A DNA stretch of 64,000 nt. It comes from Raillietiella orientalis (taxonomy: Eukaryota). The first letter of the stretch is position 1. The number at the start of each line of letters is the position of its first letter. The notes below the pieces were generated by a model that was given only the letters and a program-made list of their open reading frames with translations, was not told where the DNA came from and searched no databases. The DNA lies in the NCBI GenBank assembly GCA_036172245.1, contig JAYWIR010000002.1:4030001-4094000 (forward strand), in the 5' to 3' direction. The translations under genes and the position numbers were made by a program. Below, piece by piece: positions 53,150-64,000 of this stretch.

Positions 53150-54080
53150 CCTTTTTTTCCTTCCTGTCGTTCCCGTGCGGCGAGCGGAAAGACTTGAAGA
53201 GGAAGAAAAGGGGAGGGGAGTGGGGGAAGGGAGGAGAGGAGAGTGGATTAAGCTGGAATTTCTGGTTCGCGCGGGAAATCTCGCGATGGCGTGACTCCGA
53301 ATTAGAGATTTTCTATCATTGTGTTTCCACGAATGTTAACGAAAGATCCAGAATAATTATAGAGGGCGCCTTAATTACGCAAATTCTGCTTTCCGTTTCC
53401 CCGCGACGGACTCCCGAAAACAAAGCGAGCTTCTCCGGGCGGGGGGAGAGGCGGCGGCTATCCGTCGCTCAGCCCCGACGGTCGGCAGACGCGAGGAGCC
53501 GCCGCGCGCGCTCGGGGTGAGGAGCACACGCGAGGGCGAGCCCGGAGGAGGCGCGGGGAGTGGGCGGGAGGGCGATCAAAGAACGGCTCGCCGAATTGCG
53601 GCCGCCGCGACCGCGTCGCGAGGCGCGGTTAGCATGGAAACCGGGAGCGGGTGGAAGAGGAGGGAAGGGGGGGGGGGGAGAAGAGGAGGGGCTGGGAAGG
53701 GAGAGCTGCAAGTCTGGGAGACCAGAGACCGCCAGCCGGTCGCTGCTGCTGCTGCAGCGACGGTGCAGTGGGGGAAAGCAATCAACGGGAAGCGGTTCCG
53801 GGAACTTCGTAAAGGAGCAATTATGCGTCGCGGGAATCGCGGAGGGGCTCGATAAAATCATCGGCGGGAGTGCGAGGAAGGACGCACACGGCCTCCGGCT
53901 CTCTCCTCTCGGCGGGCCCGGAGACCGGGAGACCAGGGCGAGCGAAGCGCGGGAGAGGGCGAGAAAGGAGGAGGAGGAATGGATCACGGAGACGGGGGGG
54001 GGGGCAACGGAGCTGCTCCTGCACGTAACCATCTCTCCATCACCATCGCTTCTCTGTCTTTTGGCTAAGATCAAAGTGTA
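53150..54080. promoter_or_regulatory. CpG-rich, promoter/5' UTR-like segment
   Basis: Dense CG/GCC runs, GC box (tgggcggga), X-box-like gttagcatggaaac at about 53628, donor-like GGG|gtgagg at about 53516; no retroelement motifs recognised. Confidence 0.3.
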
Positions 54081-54719
54081 GTCAAGACACGCTGTGGCGG
54101 AGGAGAGAAAGGCGTCCCGGCCCACGCAGGGAGCAGTCAGAGGACGGAGCGGTGCATCCAGCCAAAGACGACCGGTAGACTATGTGCTTCTCCCGGAAAG
54201 GAAGGAACCCCGGAGACTCAAACCGATTCACCCGCCGGCCCGGGATGCTGTGCCTCCCCCACTCATCTCCGGGAAAGCCGCGGCCTCACCCTGCCCACTC
54301 CCGAGAAGCACAAGTGAGAAGCTACCCTCGGGCGAAGGAGTCGGGAGCTCCGCCCGCGCTTCCTCCCTCTCTAGTCGAGGGAGATCCATGCAACCCTGGC
54401 TGTTGGCCATCCAGGAGTGCGAAGTGACCCCCCCGTGTAGGCAGATGGCGGCGGTTCCGCTTGAGAACTGCGCTGGCGTGGTCATCACGTGTCGCTGATT
54501 CGAGGCTGGCCAGCTTCCGTTTGACTCGCTTTGAGGGATTCCTGTGACTTGAGTCGGGTCTTCCGCTCCTCCCACCTCGAGTTCGCTGCCTCCCTTCCTG
54601 CGCAGACGTCGTCTGTCCTTCGAGCGCAAAGTGGCCTCTGAGCAGGCGGCACCATCCTGAGGTCAAAGGAGGATCAGCTCCCTCAGGAAATTCCAGCCTG
54701 GAGCAGTGCTCCAGGAGAG

Positions 54720-56830
54720 AGAGATGGAGGCGGAGGTTCCATCCCTGTTCTTCGGAAGTCGCAAGAAACAGAAAGCGACCAACCACCTCCAGATGATGGA
54801 GAACAGGTGGACGGGCAGCTGATCCGACGGAGCAGCGGTCAGGGAGGGACGCGAAAGGGTAGGAGGAAGGAGAGGCGGGTGTCTGAGACGCTCCCGCAGG
54901 GCAGCAGCACGGGTGCGGATGGAGGAGGGGGGGGGATAAATGCTCGGGTTTGTTTCCCGGCTCGGCTGTTCCTCTGCACCGCAGCTCCGGGATCCCTCTG
55001 TCCGCATCGTCCCGCTGGGCGGATCTTCTGGATACCTCCGCAGTCTTGCAGGGGAAGCGGTCAGGCGTGCCCAACGCTTCCTCCTCCGCGTCGACCTCCT
55101 TCTCGGGTCGCAGCCTCCGCGTACCCTCGCGGGAGGGGGCAGGTGGAGACCGCCTGGACCTTTCGACCCGAAGGGGTGACGACTGCAATGGCGGCTGACG
55201 ACAGTGGTCTTGCAGCCGGACCAACGCTACTGCTCGATTGGGACTTCCTGGAGAGTTCCAGAACGCCTCTGAGGGAGATCCATCCAGGGAAACCTCTCCC
55301 TTGTCCCTCCTGGAAGAGAAGCTGCTGCTCCGGATTCTGGAAGGTTCCTCGACTCCCCTGCCCGGGGGCAGAGGTGCCGAGGATACTGCTGGAGCTGGCT
55401 GAGACAGCGTCCCTGGAAGTTCCCCCCCCCTCCCCATTCGGCGGCGGCAATCTTCCTTTTATTGGTCCTTCCGCTTCCGGGGTAAACTCTCCATGAGTTG
55501 CCGGAGGGGGGAGGAAGGAGATGCAGTGCGGCACGCAATGAGGATGCAAGACGAAAGATCCTGATGGGAAGCAATAAAGCGATGAGGGCGCGACCCTCGA
55601 AGGATCATGCGCTCCCGTTCGCAAACCGTTCCCATGGTCGCCGGAAAGGCAACAAGGCGACAGGCGATCTTCAGGAGCGAAAGTGCTCCCGCCGCCGCCG
55701 CCGCCGGTCTCCTCTCCTGGAGCGCCCTGACGAAGAGAAGGGAAGGGGGGAGGGGGAGGGGAGAGAAATCGGTGGGGGTCGCCCTGCCTACTTCAAGGGC
55801 TCCTCTGTGGCGCTCCCCTCTCCGAACGAGCGGCCGGCCGTGCCCGACTGATATCGGTCCTCGTCGGCAGCTACCAAAGTCCAGCCCGCGCTGGGCATCC
55901 TCTGCGACCGGGCGGATTGCCTTGACGGAGGAGAGCGTCCACATCAGCACCTGCCTCCCCGCGAACTGAGAAACCTGGATCCAAGGAGAAGGCTCGTGTA
56001 CGGGAGAAGATCCATGACACGCGAGCGCGGAAGGTTGCCCACCCTCAGATAGCAGGCGCTCTTGTCAGTAATTGCAGGAGGTCGACAACGATCCTCGAAA
56101 GTGCCTGCGGGCTTCGTAAACCCCCATTGCCGCAGCGCTGCCCTCCCAGAGGGAGTCATGGTAGCAGCGGAATATCGGATGATGGAAGTCCTTCAGGGCT
56201 CTTCAGTTTCGCTGCTTTCCTTGGAGTTCTTTTTTTTCTTTGGGGTTTCTGGGTTGCCCCTTTCCCCGCGTCTGACAAAGGTTCGGATCCACGCTGACCC
56301 GGATCCAGTGACGGAGACGTACTTCGCATGAGACGCCCCGTTGCAAGGCCAGCAGCGCCGACAACTGCTGCGTTACCCAGAGGCAACTGTCCGTCCCGCC
56401 TGGATCGCTGGAGATTGGATCGCTTCAATGCTAAAGAACCGTCCGCCCAGGGGCCCATGAAGCTCCCGGACATCGCCCATGACATCCGAGGGTGAGTGTT
56501 AGGGAGCATCCAGGAAATCGGCTCAGTAGGACGGCGCTAAGGTCCGGGTACCGGAGTCGCGACGCAGAAAAGCGGCCGAGCCAGGGAGCGAACCCGCCGA
56601 TCCTGAGCATCTCCCCCCTTCTCCCCCATCCGCACCTCCGCTGCTGTCCTGCAAGAGCGTCTCAGCTGCCCTTCGGGACCCTGACGCCAGCCTCTTCTTC
56701 CTCTCCTCCTTTAACGTTCCTCCCTGAGCGCCCCACCGGCGGATTAGCTGCTAGTCCACCTGTTCCCCACCACCTGGAGGTGGTTGGTCGCTTTCTGTTT
56801 CTTGCGGATTCCGAAGAACAGGGATGAAAC
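54720..56830. repeat. Diverged inverted pair 54720-54950 / 56600-56830 (retroelement-derived)
   Basis: Both translate to ...HPH..CCPA.ASQ...PPV.HHLEVVGRFLFLA.SEEQG on opposite strands. Confidence 0.7.
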
Positions 56831-57416
56831 CTCCGGAGAAAACCCTCGCTCTGGTTGTTTCCAAAGGGAATCACTTCCTGATTCTCTCCGGAGGGGTCCC
56901 CCAGAGTGCCATTCCTCACTTCTTCGAAGGGAAGCCGCAAGGGAACTGCTTTTCGTTAGTCTTCTGAAGAGAACTAAGGGAGATTCTTATTTTCTCTGGA
57001 GGGAGCTCCTCGAAGGGAGCAGCGCGTTTCTGTCGATCTGGAGAGGCAACCCCCTTTAGGGGTATCAACCAGCTCCATCATGCAATGATGGAAGGTCCTC
57101 TCTCGAAAAGGGGTAGGGGTCGGTTCCATTTTCGCAACCGGAAGGAAACCCCGAAGGGCTCCTTGATGTCCTGGAAGGACCTCAAGGCCAGGACTTGCAA
57201 TCCTGGCCACTCAACGGGGGAGCATCCGGGTCTTTTCGGGCATCCATCGGTACCGCACCCGCAGTCTACAGGCCGACCAGAGCCATCCTGCGGGGGGGAC
57301 TCGAAACCCACGACGCACCCACCCCATTTCTCGGCGCCGATCCTTCACGTGGGGATTCGAACCCGAGATGCTCGGTGCCAAGCACGCTGAGAGACCGTAA
57401 CAGCCACACGGACGCC
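56830..57416 (-). mobile_element. tRNA-headed SINE-like repeat
   Basis: Minus-strand head ggcgtccgtgTGGCTGTTACGGtctc...tcgGGTTCGAATCCcc (B box at 57353-57363), shared body and subrepeat block. Confidence 0.7.
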
Positions 57417-57419
57417 AAC

Positions 57420-58260
57420 TCAGGGTCCGTTTTGAAGAGGAGTAGCGATGTCCGCGCCGTTGGCGGCCCTGTGGCTACGAGCTGCGTGCGTGGCGCTGAC
57501 TACCCGCTGCCTACAGCAGGAAAAAGGAAACCTTTGGGCGTGATCGTAGTCGACACGCGACCCCGAGTGTCCCACCGAAAGGATTGACCCGCTGGATCTA
57601 GCTTTCGTGGATTCCCCAGGTGTGGCGATGCTCGCTATCCCCACGGACAGCTCAATTCCCTCCCCCCTCCCTCTCTCCCTCGACGCGGCAGTTGCTGGCC
57701 TCGCATCATGCAAAGCGCATCTCCGTCACTGGGTCCGGGGGAGAGTGGGCCCGAACTGTTCCAGGAACGGGAGAAAGGGAGACCCTTCCGTACCAGCTTG
57801 TGAACTGCTCTGCCCTCCGGTCCCTGTGGGAGGCTATGGGGCCGTCGGGAGTGACTTTTTCCGAAGGTCCCATGGACGCCGGTGAGCGACCCCAGGGGAG
57901 TGGCCGTGCATAATGCGCCGCCACAAGGCGCGCATTTAGCAGCTGCTTGCTGCCTGCGCGGGATGATGGTGTCTCGGAGCGCCGTGGGAAGAGACCGACA
58001 CGACGGGCAACGCTACCCGGTGAGCGATAAATCCACATGGGGATCGCCGCCAGATGGTCCCATCTAAAGGAACGTGCCGGTGTTCTTGTGAGGGCGCGAA
58101 GGACGTGCCAGGAAACAAAAGGAGACCACTTCCTGAACCCTCTGAAAATTTCTTTTGGTTCTTTTTCCTTTTACCCTTTCCCTTCGTTGCCGAGGAGATG
58201 CTCGCTGGTCATCGTGCCGGCATCTCAGCAGGTTCCGCGTTCTCTGGCTCTGCGGCCGTC
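57420..58260 (+). mobile_element. L1/Tx1-like element 3' end
   Basis: VGPNCSRNG...ETLPYQLVNC, IAARWSHL...AGVL, T-rich tract, ttgccgag...ctcagcag hairpin. Confidence 0.65.
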
Positions 58261-59429
58261 TGCTTCTTGAAAACGCCCCAGAGTCAACCGGGTGGGGAAC
58301 CTCGACCTCTGCCGCATCGCCGACACCCGTTCTCACCGGACCTCGTGCCGCATATGACCTCCGCTAACTCCCAGGGAAGACGCTCTCTCGTCACTCAAGG
58401 CGCAGAAGGGAAACGACGGTGGCTTCTTCACAAGCACGGGGCTAGCCAAAGAGGGGGATGCCGAGGAATTTACGGCAGCCCTTGTCCTCTTTTCCCTTCT
58501 CCTCCTCTTATCCTCCCGCTCCGTGCCGGACGAAGCCGGGACGATGGGAGGATGTGTCCGGCAGCGCTCCCGAACGTAGGAGCGTGGAGAGAGAAAGAAG
58601 GGTCAGATCAATCGAAGAGAGAACCTACAGACTTCCTCCCGAGTGATGGATTCCCTGTAATAGACCGCAAAGGAGCCCGGCGCCGGCGGGGGCCAGTGAG
58701 GATGCGCCACTGCCTCCGGGACTGCTGACCGCCGCAACACAGCCGTCCTAGGCGGGGTCCCCGCTTTCTTCTCCCTCACTCCGGAACTCTTTAGGAAGGG
58801 GGCATCGCGAACTGATCGAGGTTTGACAACCATTCGCAGGGGTCGTCCCCTGTTCCCTGTGGTTTCCCTCCTACCGCACCCGTCTCCGTGGAGATACGTG
58901 GACTTCAAAGCCGTTATGGCGCACTGCGTCAAGGTAGCCCGAGTCTTCTCGGGGACCAGAAAGGCAGGAAGGATAGGAGTGGAGTGGAAAGGCCCCCTGT
59001 CAATCACTCGGTGATCATTTGATCCTTACGATTCTCTTAATGAGGGTCAGAAACCAACCCGCCTATTCCCATCCACCCAGCTCGGCCCGTGTGAGGATGC
59101 CCAGCATCCTTCTTCATCGATCCGGAGGAGCGCACAGGATGAGAGCGCCCGGGGAGACGTGAGCACATGAGGATGTCCAGACCAGCGGACGAGATCCCCT
59201 TCGTCGTCCAGTGACGGCGGGGCTTGGCGCGGGGCAACTGAATCCATTAGCCTGATGGGGAGAGCAGGGATGGGGGCTCTGCAGCCACTGGGGTTCAGGA
59301 AGGGATAGGAAAAGCAGAAGGACGCCGTTCGGTCGGACGGATCAGGAGCAGCGCAGCAGCGTCCGTAGGTCGCATTCTCGGCGGGGAAACCCGGACAGTA
59401 AAGGAAAGGAGGAAAAGGAGGAGTTCTGC

Positions 59430-60070
59430 GCAGGGGGACCAGGGAGAGCATGGAACGAGCGGCGGAAAGGGATGGGCACCGGGGGAGAGGGGAGGGAACG
59501 GCACGGGAAGCGGTGAACATCCGCGGGAAGGAGGAGGTGGCGCGAGCTGGAGGAGCAGGGGCATCCCAGAAGTCGGACGAAGGTCGAGGTCGGGACGAGA
59601 CCCCCCGTCGGAGAAGAGGAATCCCACGCGGGTGTGATTGATTCGCGCAGGAGAACCCGCCCTACCACAGCGCGGAGTCTTCGAGCGGGCAGCTTGGGGG
59701 TGAAGGAGGGGGTAGGGAGGGCGGAGGGAGGAGTAGGCGCGGCAGCGTCAGCAGCGTCGCGTTGGCGTCTGAAGTTTGTCAGCCTGACGGCGGCAAGTGA
59801 CCTCTCCCCCTTGTCCCGAGGTCGATGCTGCGGCACTCTGGTCGCAGCAGCTTCCGCCTCCGGATGCTCGAGTAAAGAGGAGGCCACGCGAGGGAAGGGC
59901 GAGAGAAGGGAGAAAGGGATTGGATCAGCTTCGTGTCTTCTCAGATCAGCGGACCGGCTCGCTGCAGAGTCTTTGCTCTTGCAGCGGACTGGTGCGGCCG
60001 GAAAGAGGGACGGAGGTCGTCATGGATACGATGATCTTGGCGCGACCGCAGGTCGGAAGGAGCAGACGCC
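59430..60070 (-). repeat. Inverted repeat 3, right copy (identical core 59702-59906)
   Basis: Reverse complement of 51640-52520, with an extra ~100 bp at 59907-60002 and lacking ~340 bp (51996-52335). Confidence 0.88.
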
Positions 60071-60962
60071 TAAAGGCCTCCGTGATAACGCAGCAGGGCA
60101 CCGGGAGGAAGGAAAGGAAGAGGAGGAATGGCGACCTACAGGAATGATGCACTCCGTGGACCGGGCGGTGCAGGACGAGGTGGACATGGAGTGGAGAGTT
60201 CCCGCAGGTCGTCGTCACCTCCTCCGTCGCTGCCGTTGCTCCCTCTCCTCTCACAGGTCAGAGGGATGCCCTCGTCTAGAGCGTGAGGATATCGGGGCCG
60301 AAATTCCTTCCCTTGGCAGCAGAAATGGATGTCCTGGTCGGGTTCGCCCCACCTTATGCTCAGCCTCCTTCTTGGTGCTGCTTTCCGAGTTCCAAGGAGA
60401 TCGCGGAAGATTCCGTCAGGGGACGAACGCGTCGAGGGACGTTTTCCCGGTCGCGTCACCATGGTAGCGGACTGGGGGGGGGGGGGGAGAGAACGCCGGT
60501 GATAAAGTGGGAGGGAGGAAGGAGGGGACGTGGGAGGCGGCGGCAACTTGGCGAGGGAGCGTCACGCACCGCTGTGAGCGCCTTGCGGAGCCGAGCGCCG
60601 CCCGCCCGTGCAGGCGCGGTATGGCGGCAGCGGCTCTCGACCGCGACTCTCGGCGGAGACCGAGTCGACGTCGGGACGTTCCCGACGACGTGAGTTCGTG
60701 CCGGAGGAGGTGAGGAAGCGGCCGGTTCCGAGGGGCGCTCATCCGCCGCGTAGGGCGCGGGAGGTCCCCCCACTTCTTCTTGCTGCTGTGGTTGTCCTCT
60801 CCCCCCTCCACCTCCACCTCCCACCTGCAGGTTCCTCCGCGAAGACCCTTTTCCTCCCTTTCCCTTCATCCCTTTCCTTCCTCTTCCCTTCGCCGCCACC
60901 CTGCTCCCAGCGCCGCATCACGCGTTCCCGTCCTTCCGCGTGCCGGCCAGCCACTCTTCACG

Positions 60963-61124
60963 ATGAAGAAGACCGCGGCGCACTTCCGCCAGGACCTGGT
61001 GCTGCGCGTCCAACGATGGCTCTGCGCTGTGCCGTTCAGGGAACGCCTGAGCGGCGGCCGCAAGATGTTCGGCAGCCTCGCGTCCTTCGTCTTTCTCGTC
61101 GCCTTTGTCGCCGCCGGAGGGAAG
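60963..61124 (+). CDS. Candidate first coding exon of a secreted or membrane protein gene continuing beyond the window
   Basis: Exon 60831-61124 is bounded by a pyrimidine-rich acceptor (cacctgcag|) and a consensus donor (AAG|gtaagc); upstream donor gtgagt at 60690. In-frame ATGs at 60963 and 61065, the latter giving signal-peptide-like MFGSLASFVFLVAFVAAGGK. Confidence 0.45.
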
Positions 61125-61659
61125 GTAAGCTGTCCCTTGACCCGCTCCCGCCGCCACCCCCTGGGAGCGACGAAACCTCTCGCCTGCGGTCCCTCAACCC
61201 GTTCCTCCCACTCCCTCCAGGACGAGGAGAACGAGACCGAGAGAGCAGGGAGGAGGATGGGAGAGGGCAGTTGGAGAGAGACTCGGGCGCTCGCCGGCGC
61301 TCTTGCCAGCGATGAGGGCGCCGGCGCGGGAGCGAGGCAGAGGGTGAAGTGAGCGAGGAAGTCTCTCCCGATACACTCCAGGAAAATCCCTGGAAGACCC
61401 TCTTCTCTCCACTCTTCCTTTCCTCTATTCCTCTGTCCCTTTTTGGAAAGAACCGCCCTCCGACGTCGCCAAGACAATGACTGGGGCAACGATGCCTCCC
61501 CGTCGGGAAGAAGAGGGGGTTCCGGGAAGTTCAGGGAGACGGTTGAGGGGAGAAAGGGGAAGAGCTGAGCAGCTGGAGTCCTCCGGAAGCGACGGCCGTT
61601 TCTCTTCGGCGTAAGGGAATTCCCTCTGGAATTGAAAGTTCCGTAAGGTGCAAAAGTTC

Positions 61660-63920
61660 TGAGTGCTCCCGCGAGAGCTGTCCCTTGCCAGGATCACCTT
61701 TGCATGGTACCTCCAGCCTTGCATCCTGCGGCCGCGCGCGCCGCCTCACGCTTCTCGGTTCATCCTGCAGGAGAGGAGATCCAAGAGCGCAGTGTGCTTT
61801 CCTGTTCTTGGCGGGGAGGGGAGAGTTCAGGGGATGGAGACGCTGAGCTCAAGGAGAGCCTCAGGCAAAGGGAACGCTCCTCAACCTCCACTCACGCCAA
61901 CAGCAACAGGAGCTGCTGGCGCTTCCCATCCGCCAGACTCCGTTTCCCCGCGGGTCTGGACGGGACTTCTCACCTCCTTCGGTGAGGAGTCCCGTCCGGT
62001 CAGGATCAGTGAGCTGCTGACCTCTTGCCGACTCTGCCGATGCTCACCCTGTCCAGTTTATTAGTTCGCGTAGCCGAATGGCGCCCCCGGAGAAGACATC
62101 TTCTGGTCACGGGGAAAGGTCAGGCAGCAAGAAGCAGAGAAGCGTTCCACGGACCCTTGCCTCTAGGCGTTCCTCTCCTGCTGCACCTCCCCGAGCGAGC
62201 ACGAGTGCCCACTGATCTTATCAGGCTGATCGTCCCTTCCCCCCTCACTCTCGCCGAATCCCAGCAGCCTTCCCTTCGCTCCCTTCTTCGAGAGCTTCTT
62301 GGAAGACCACTGGCTTGCCGGGCTTTTTCAGAGGGGCATTCTCTCAGCGCTTCTCGTTGGGCACCCTGTCGTCTTGGAGTTCCTCCTTCGCTTCCGAAAG
62401 ACATCTATCTCCCCCCCCCCTCTTCTCTTCTCGGCTGCCGCGACCGCCGATCATTGCCCTTCTTCGGCTCCATTCCGTTGCCGCTGCCCGCCCTTCTGAG
62501 CGACTTTGCCCCTTTCTTGGCGAGTCAGCCAAGGCGTGCGAGTCATTCCCCCTGTCAACCAGGGGATCTCCCACTTAACCTTCCCACTCCTCTTTTCCCT
62601 CGATCCGCCCGCTAGAGATGGTCGTCGTCTCGCCGTGAACACTTTCTCGTCCCGCAGCTACCTTTCTACATTGCTGACCTTCCGCGTGCTCCCACTCATC
62701 CCTGGATTCACCCATTTTCAACTTTCTTCTCCGCTGCCTCCTCTTTCGTCTTCCGCCCACCTACCGGGTGGAACACTACTGCCTCTTGGCGGACGCCCAG
62801 CCGGGGTGCCGCATTCTGTTTCACTCCCCCCCTCCCACTCCACATTGGTGGATGCAAAATGCGTCACACGCTCTTGAGTGACCACCCCGAGGTGCTTGTC
62901 GTCTCTCTACTGGATTGAAGCGGTGGCCTGTATCAGAGATGGAGGTCCGCTCACTCTGCAGGTTTTCTCAGCCTCCCACCACCGGAGCTTCCGCCCGCAT
63001 GCAGCGCTTCATCTCCATCTTCCGTATGCCTGCAGGGGCGCAGTCTCCATCCCAACACCACGTTTCACTTCACTTGTGAAAGAAATGTCGCTTGTGGGCA
63101 CGTCGCTCCATGTTCTACCGTGCAGCAGGCGAAAGGAGGTTCTTCCTCTCTCTTGCGGTTTTCGGAAGCCCTCAGTCAGTAATACAGTGCTCCACCACAC
63201 GGTCGAGCCATCTCGTGCAGTGGTACCCCTACTGCCGAAGCACTCTTAACGCCCTCGCACCCAAGGCAGGGAGGACGTAGTCACCAGGCAGAATCGAAGC
63301 TGCGTGGCTCGGACGACGAACTGGAAGATGCAGCATCCCAGGAGCCGAAAAGTCTTTCCCATCCTGTCTACTCGAGTGGGCACTGAGAACATGAAGCCTC
63401 CATCACGCTGCTCTATTCCCAAGAAAAATGTCCGAGCAGCGTTTCGCATCAGCCTCCAAGGGTCTTTCGCCATGCTTCCGGTTGCCGTGGTTTTGCTGCT
63501 GCGGGGCACGCCGTAAGGAACGATGTGGTTGTGCTGGGGGAGTCCGTAGCAGACGCTGATCCCGTTGCAAAATCTTCCTGCGAGGGCTGCTTTTCCCTAA
63601 GGGCTTCCGGGAGGCGAGGTGCACGCAGCAGCCTGGAATACCAGGCGCGGCATCCCTCTCGTGTCGGGCGAAGGTGAGGAAGGTCGGTGGCAGAGGTGCC
63701 TTCTGTTGCTCCGCCGAGGGATTTGCGCCAAAGGTCCGTCTCCCATGGCAACGCCAGGCGCTGCGAAGGGCAGGTGCTGGGCGGGGCGCCGTCTCGAACT
63801 CCCACCTGCCTGCTTCTTACTCCTCCTTTGCTTCTTCTTTTGTGTGCGTGTCTTTCCTTTTTTTTTTTCTTCCTTCCTTTCTTTTTTTTTCTTTCGTGTT
63901 TTTCCGATTACAGCTGGTTT
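61660..63920 (+). mobile_element. Strongly shortened L1/Tx1-like remnant (ORF1 - EN - RT - 3' T-rich tract)
   Basis: TSCRLCRC knuckle remnant (about 62040), LTFRVLPLIPGFTHF (L.D.FR..HP...FT; about 62700), AVVPLLPK (about 63230), T-rich 3' tract at 63830-63905. Confidence 0.4.
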
Positions 63921-64000
63921 CTCTTAGTCTCTGTCCTCTTCCCTCTTTCCCGAAGGAACTTCCGGGAGTGTCCCTGGAGAACGCGTTGTCGGACCGTCGG

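Noticed and set aside
24700-64000. Hundreds of overlapping 60-370 aa ORFs, including the 351-aa pair at 41031-42086 and 47001-48056 and the 371-aa ORF at 54322-55437
   Set aside because: They are R/P/G/S/A-rich, open in several frames at once and show no recognisable domain, as expected for GC-rich DNA with few stop codons. The paired ORFs merely reflect the inverted duplication.

Overview
Eukaryotic (animal, probably arthropod-like; species not determinable) genomic DNA with two compartments. The AT-rich part (about 1-8500 and 13300-24000) has very short introns (39-54 nt). It holds a complete cyclin L gene on the minus strand (6344-2152) and two intact, tandem, diverged transformer-2 (tra2) paralogs on the plus strand (16957-18129 and 18380-19394). 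The second paralog starts at a splice acceptor only about 150 bp after the poly(A) signal of the first. The GC-rich part (about 8550-13300 and 24700-64000) is a dense mosaic of decayed L1/Tx1-like non-LTR retrotransposon remnants in both orientations. It also carries four copies of a tRNA-headed SINE-like repeat rich in cUUCGg hairpin motifs, and three near-identical inverted patches (2918, 361 and 205 bp) embedded in much more diverged sequence. Most ORF-track entries in the GC-rich part are spurious. One candidate host exon encoding a signal peptide lies at 60831-61124. All alignments and identities were read by eye; no searches were run.
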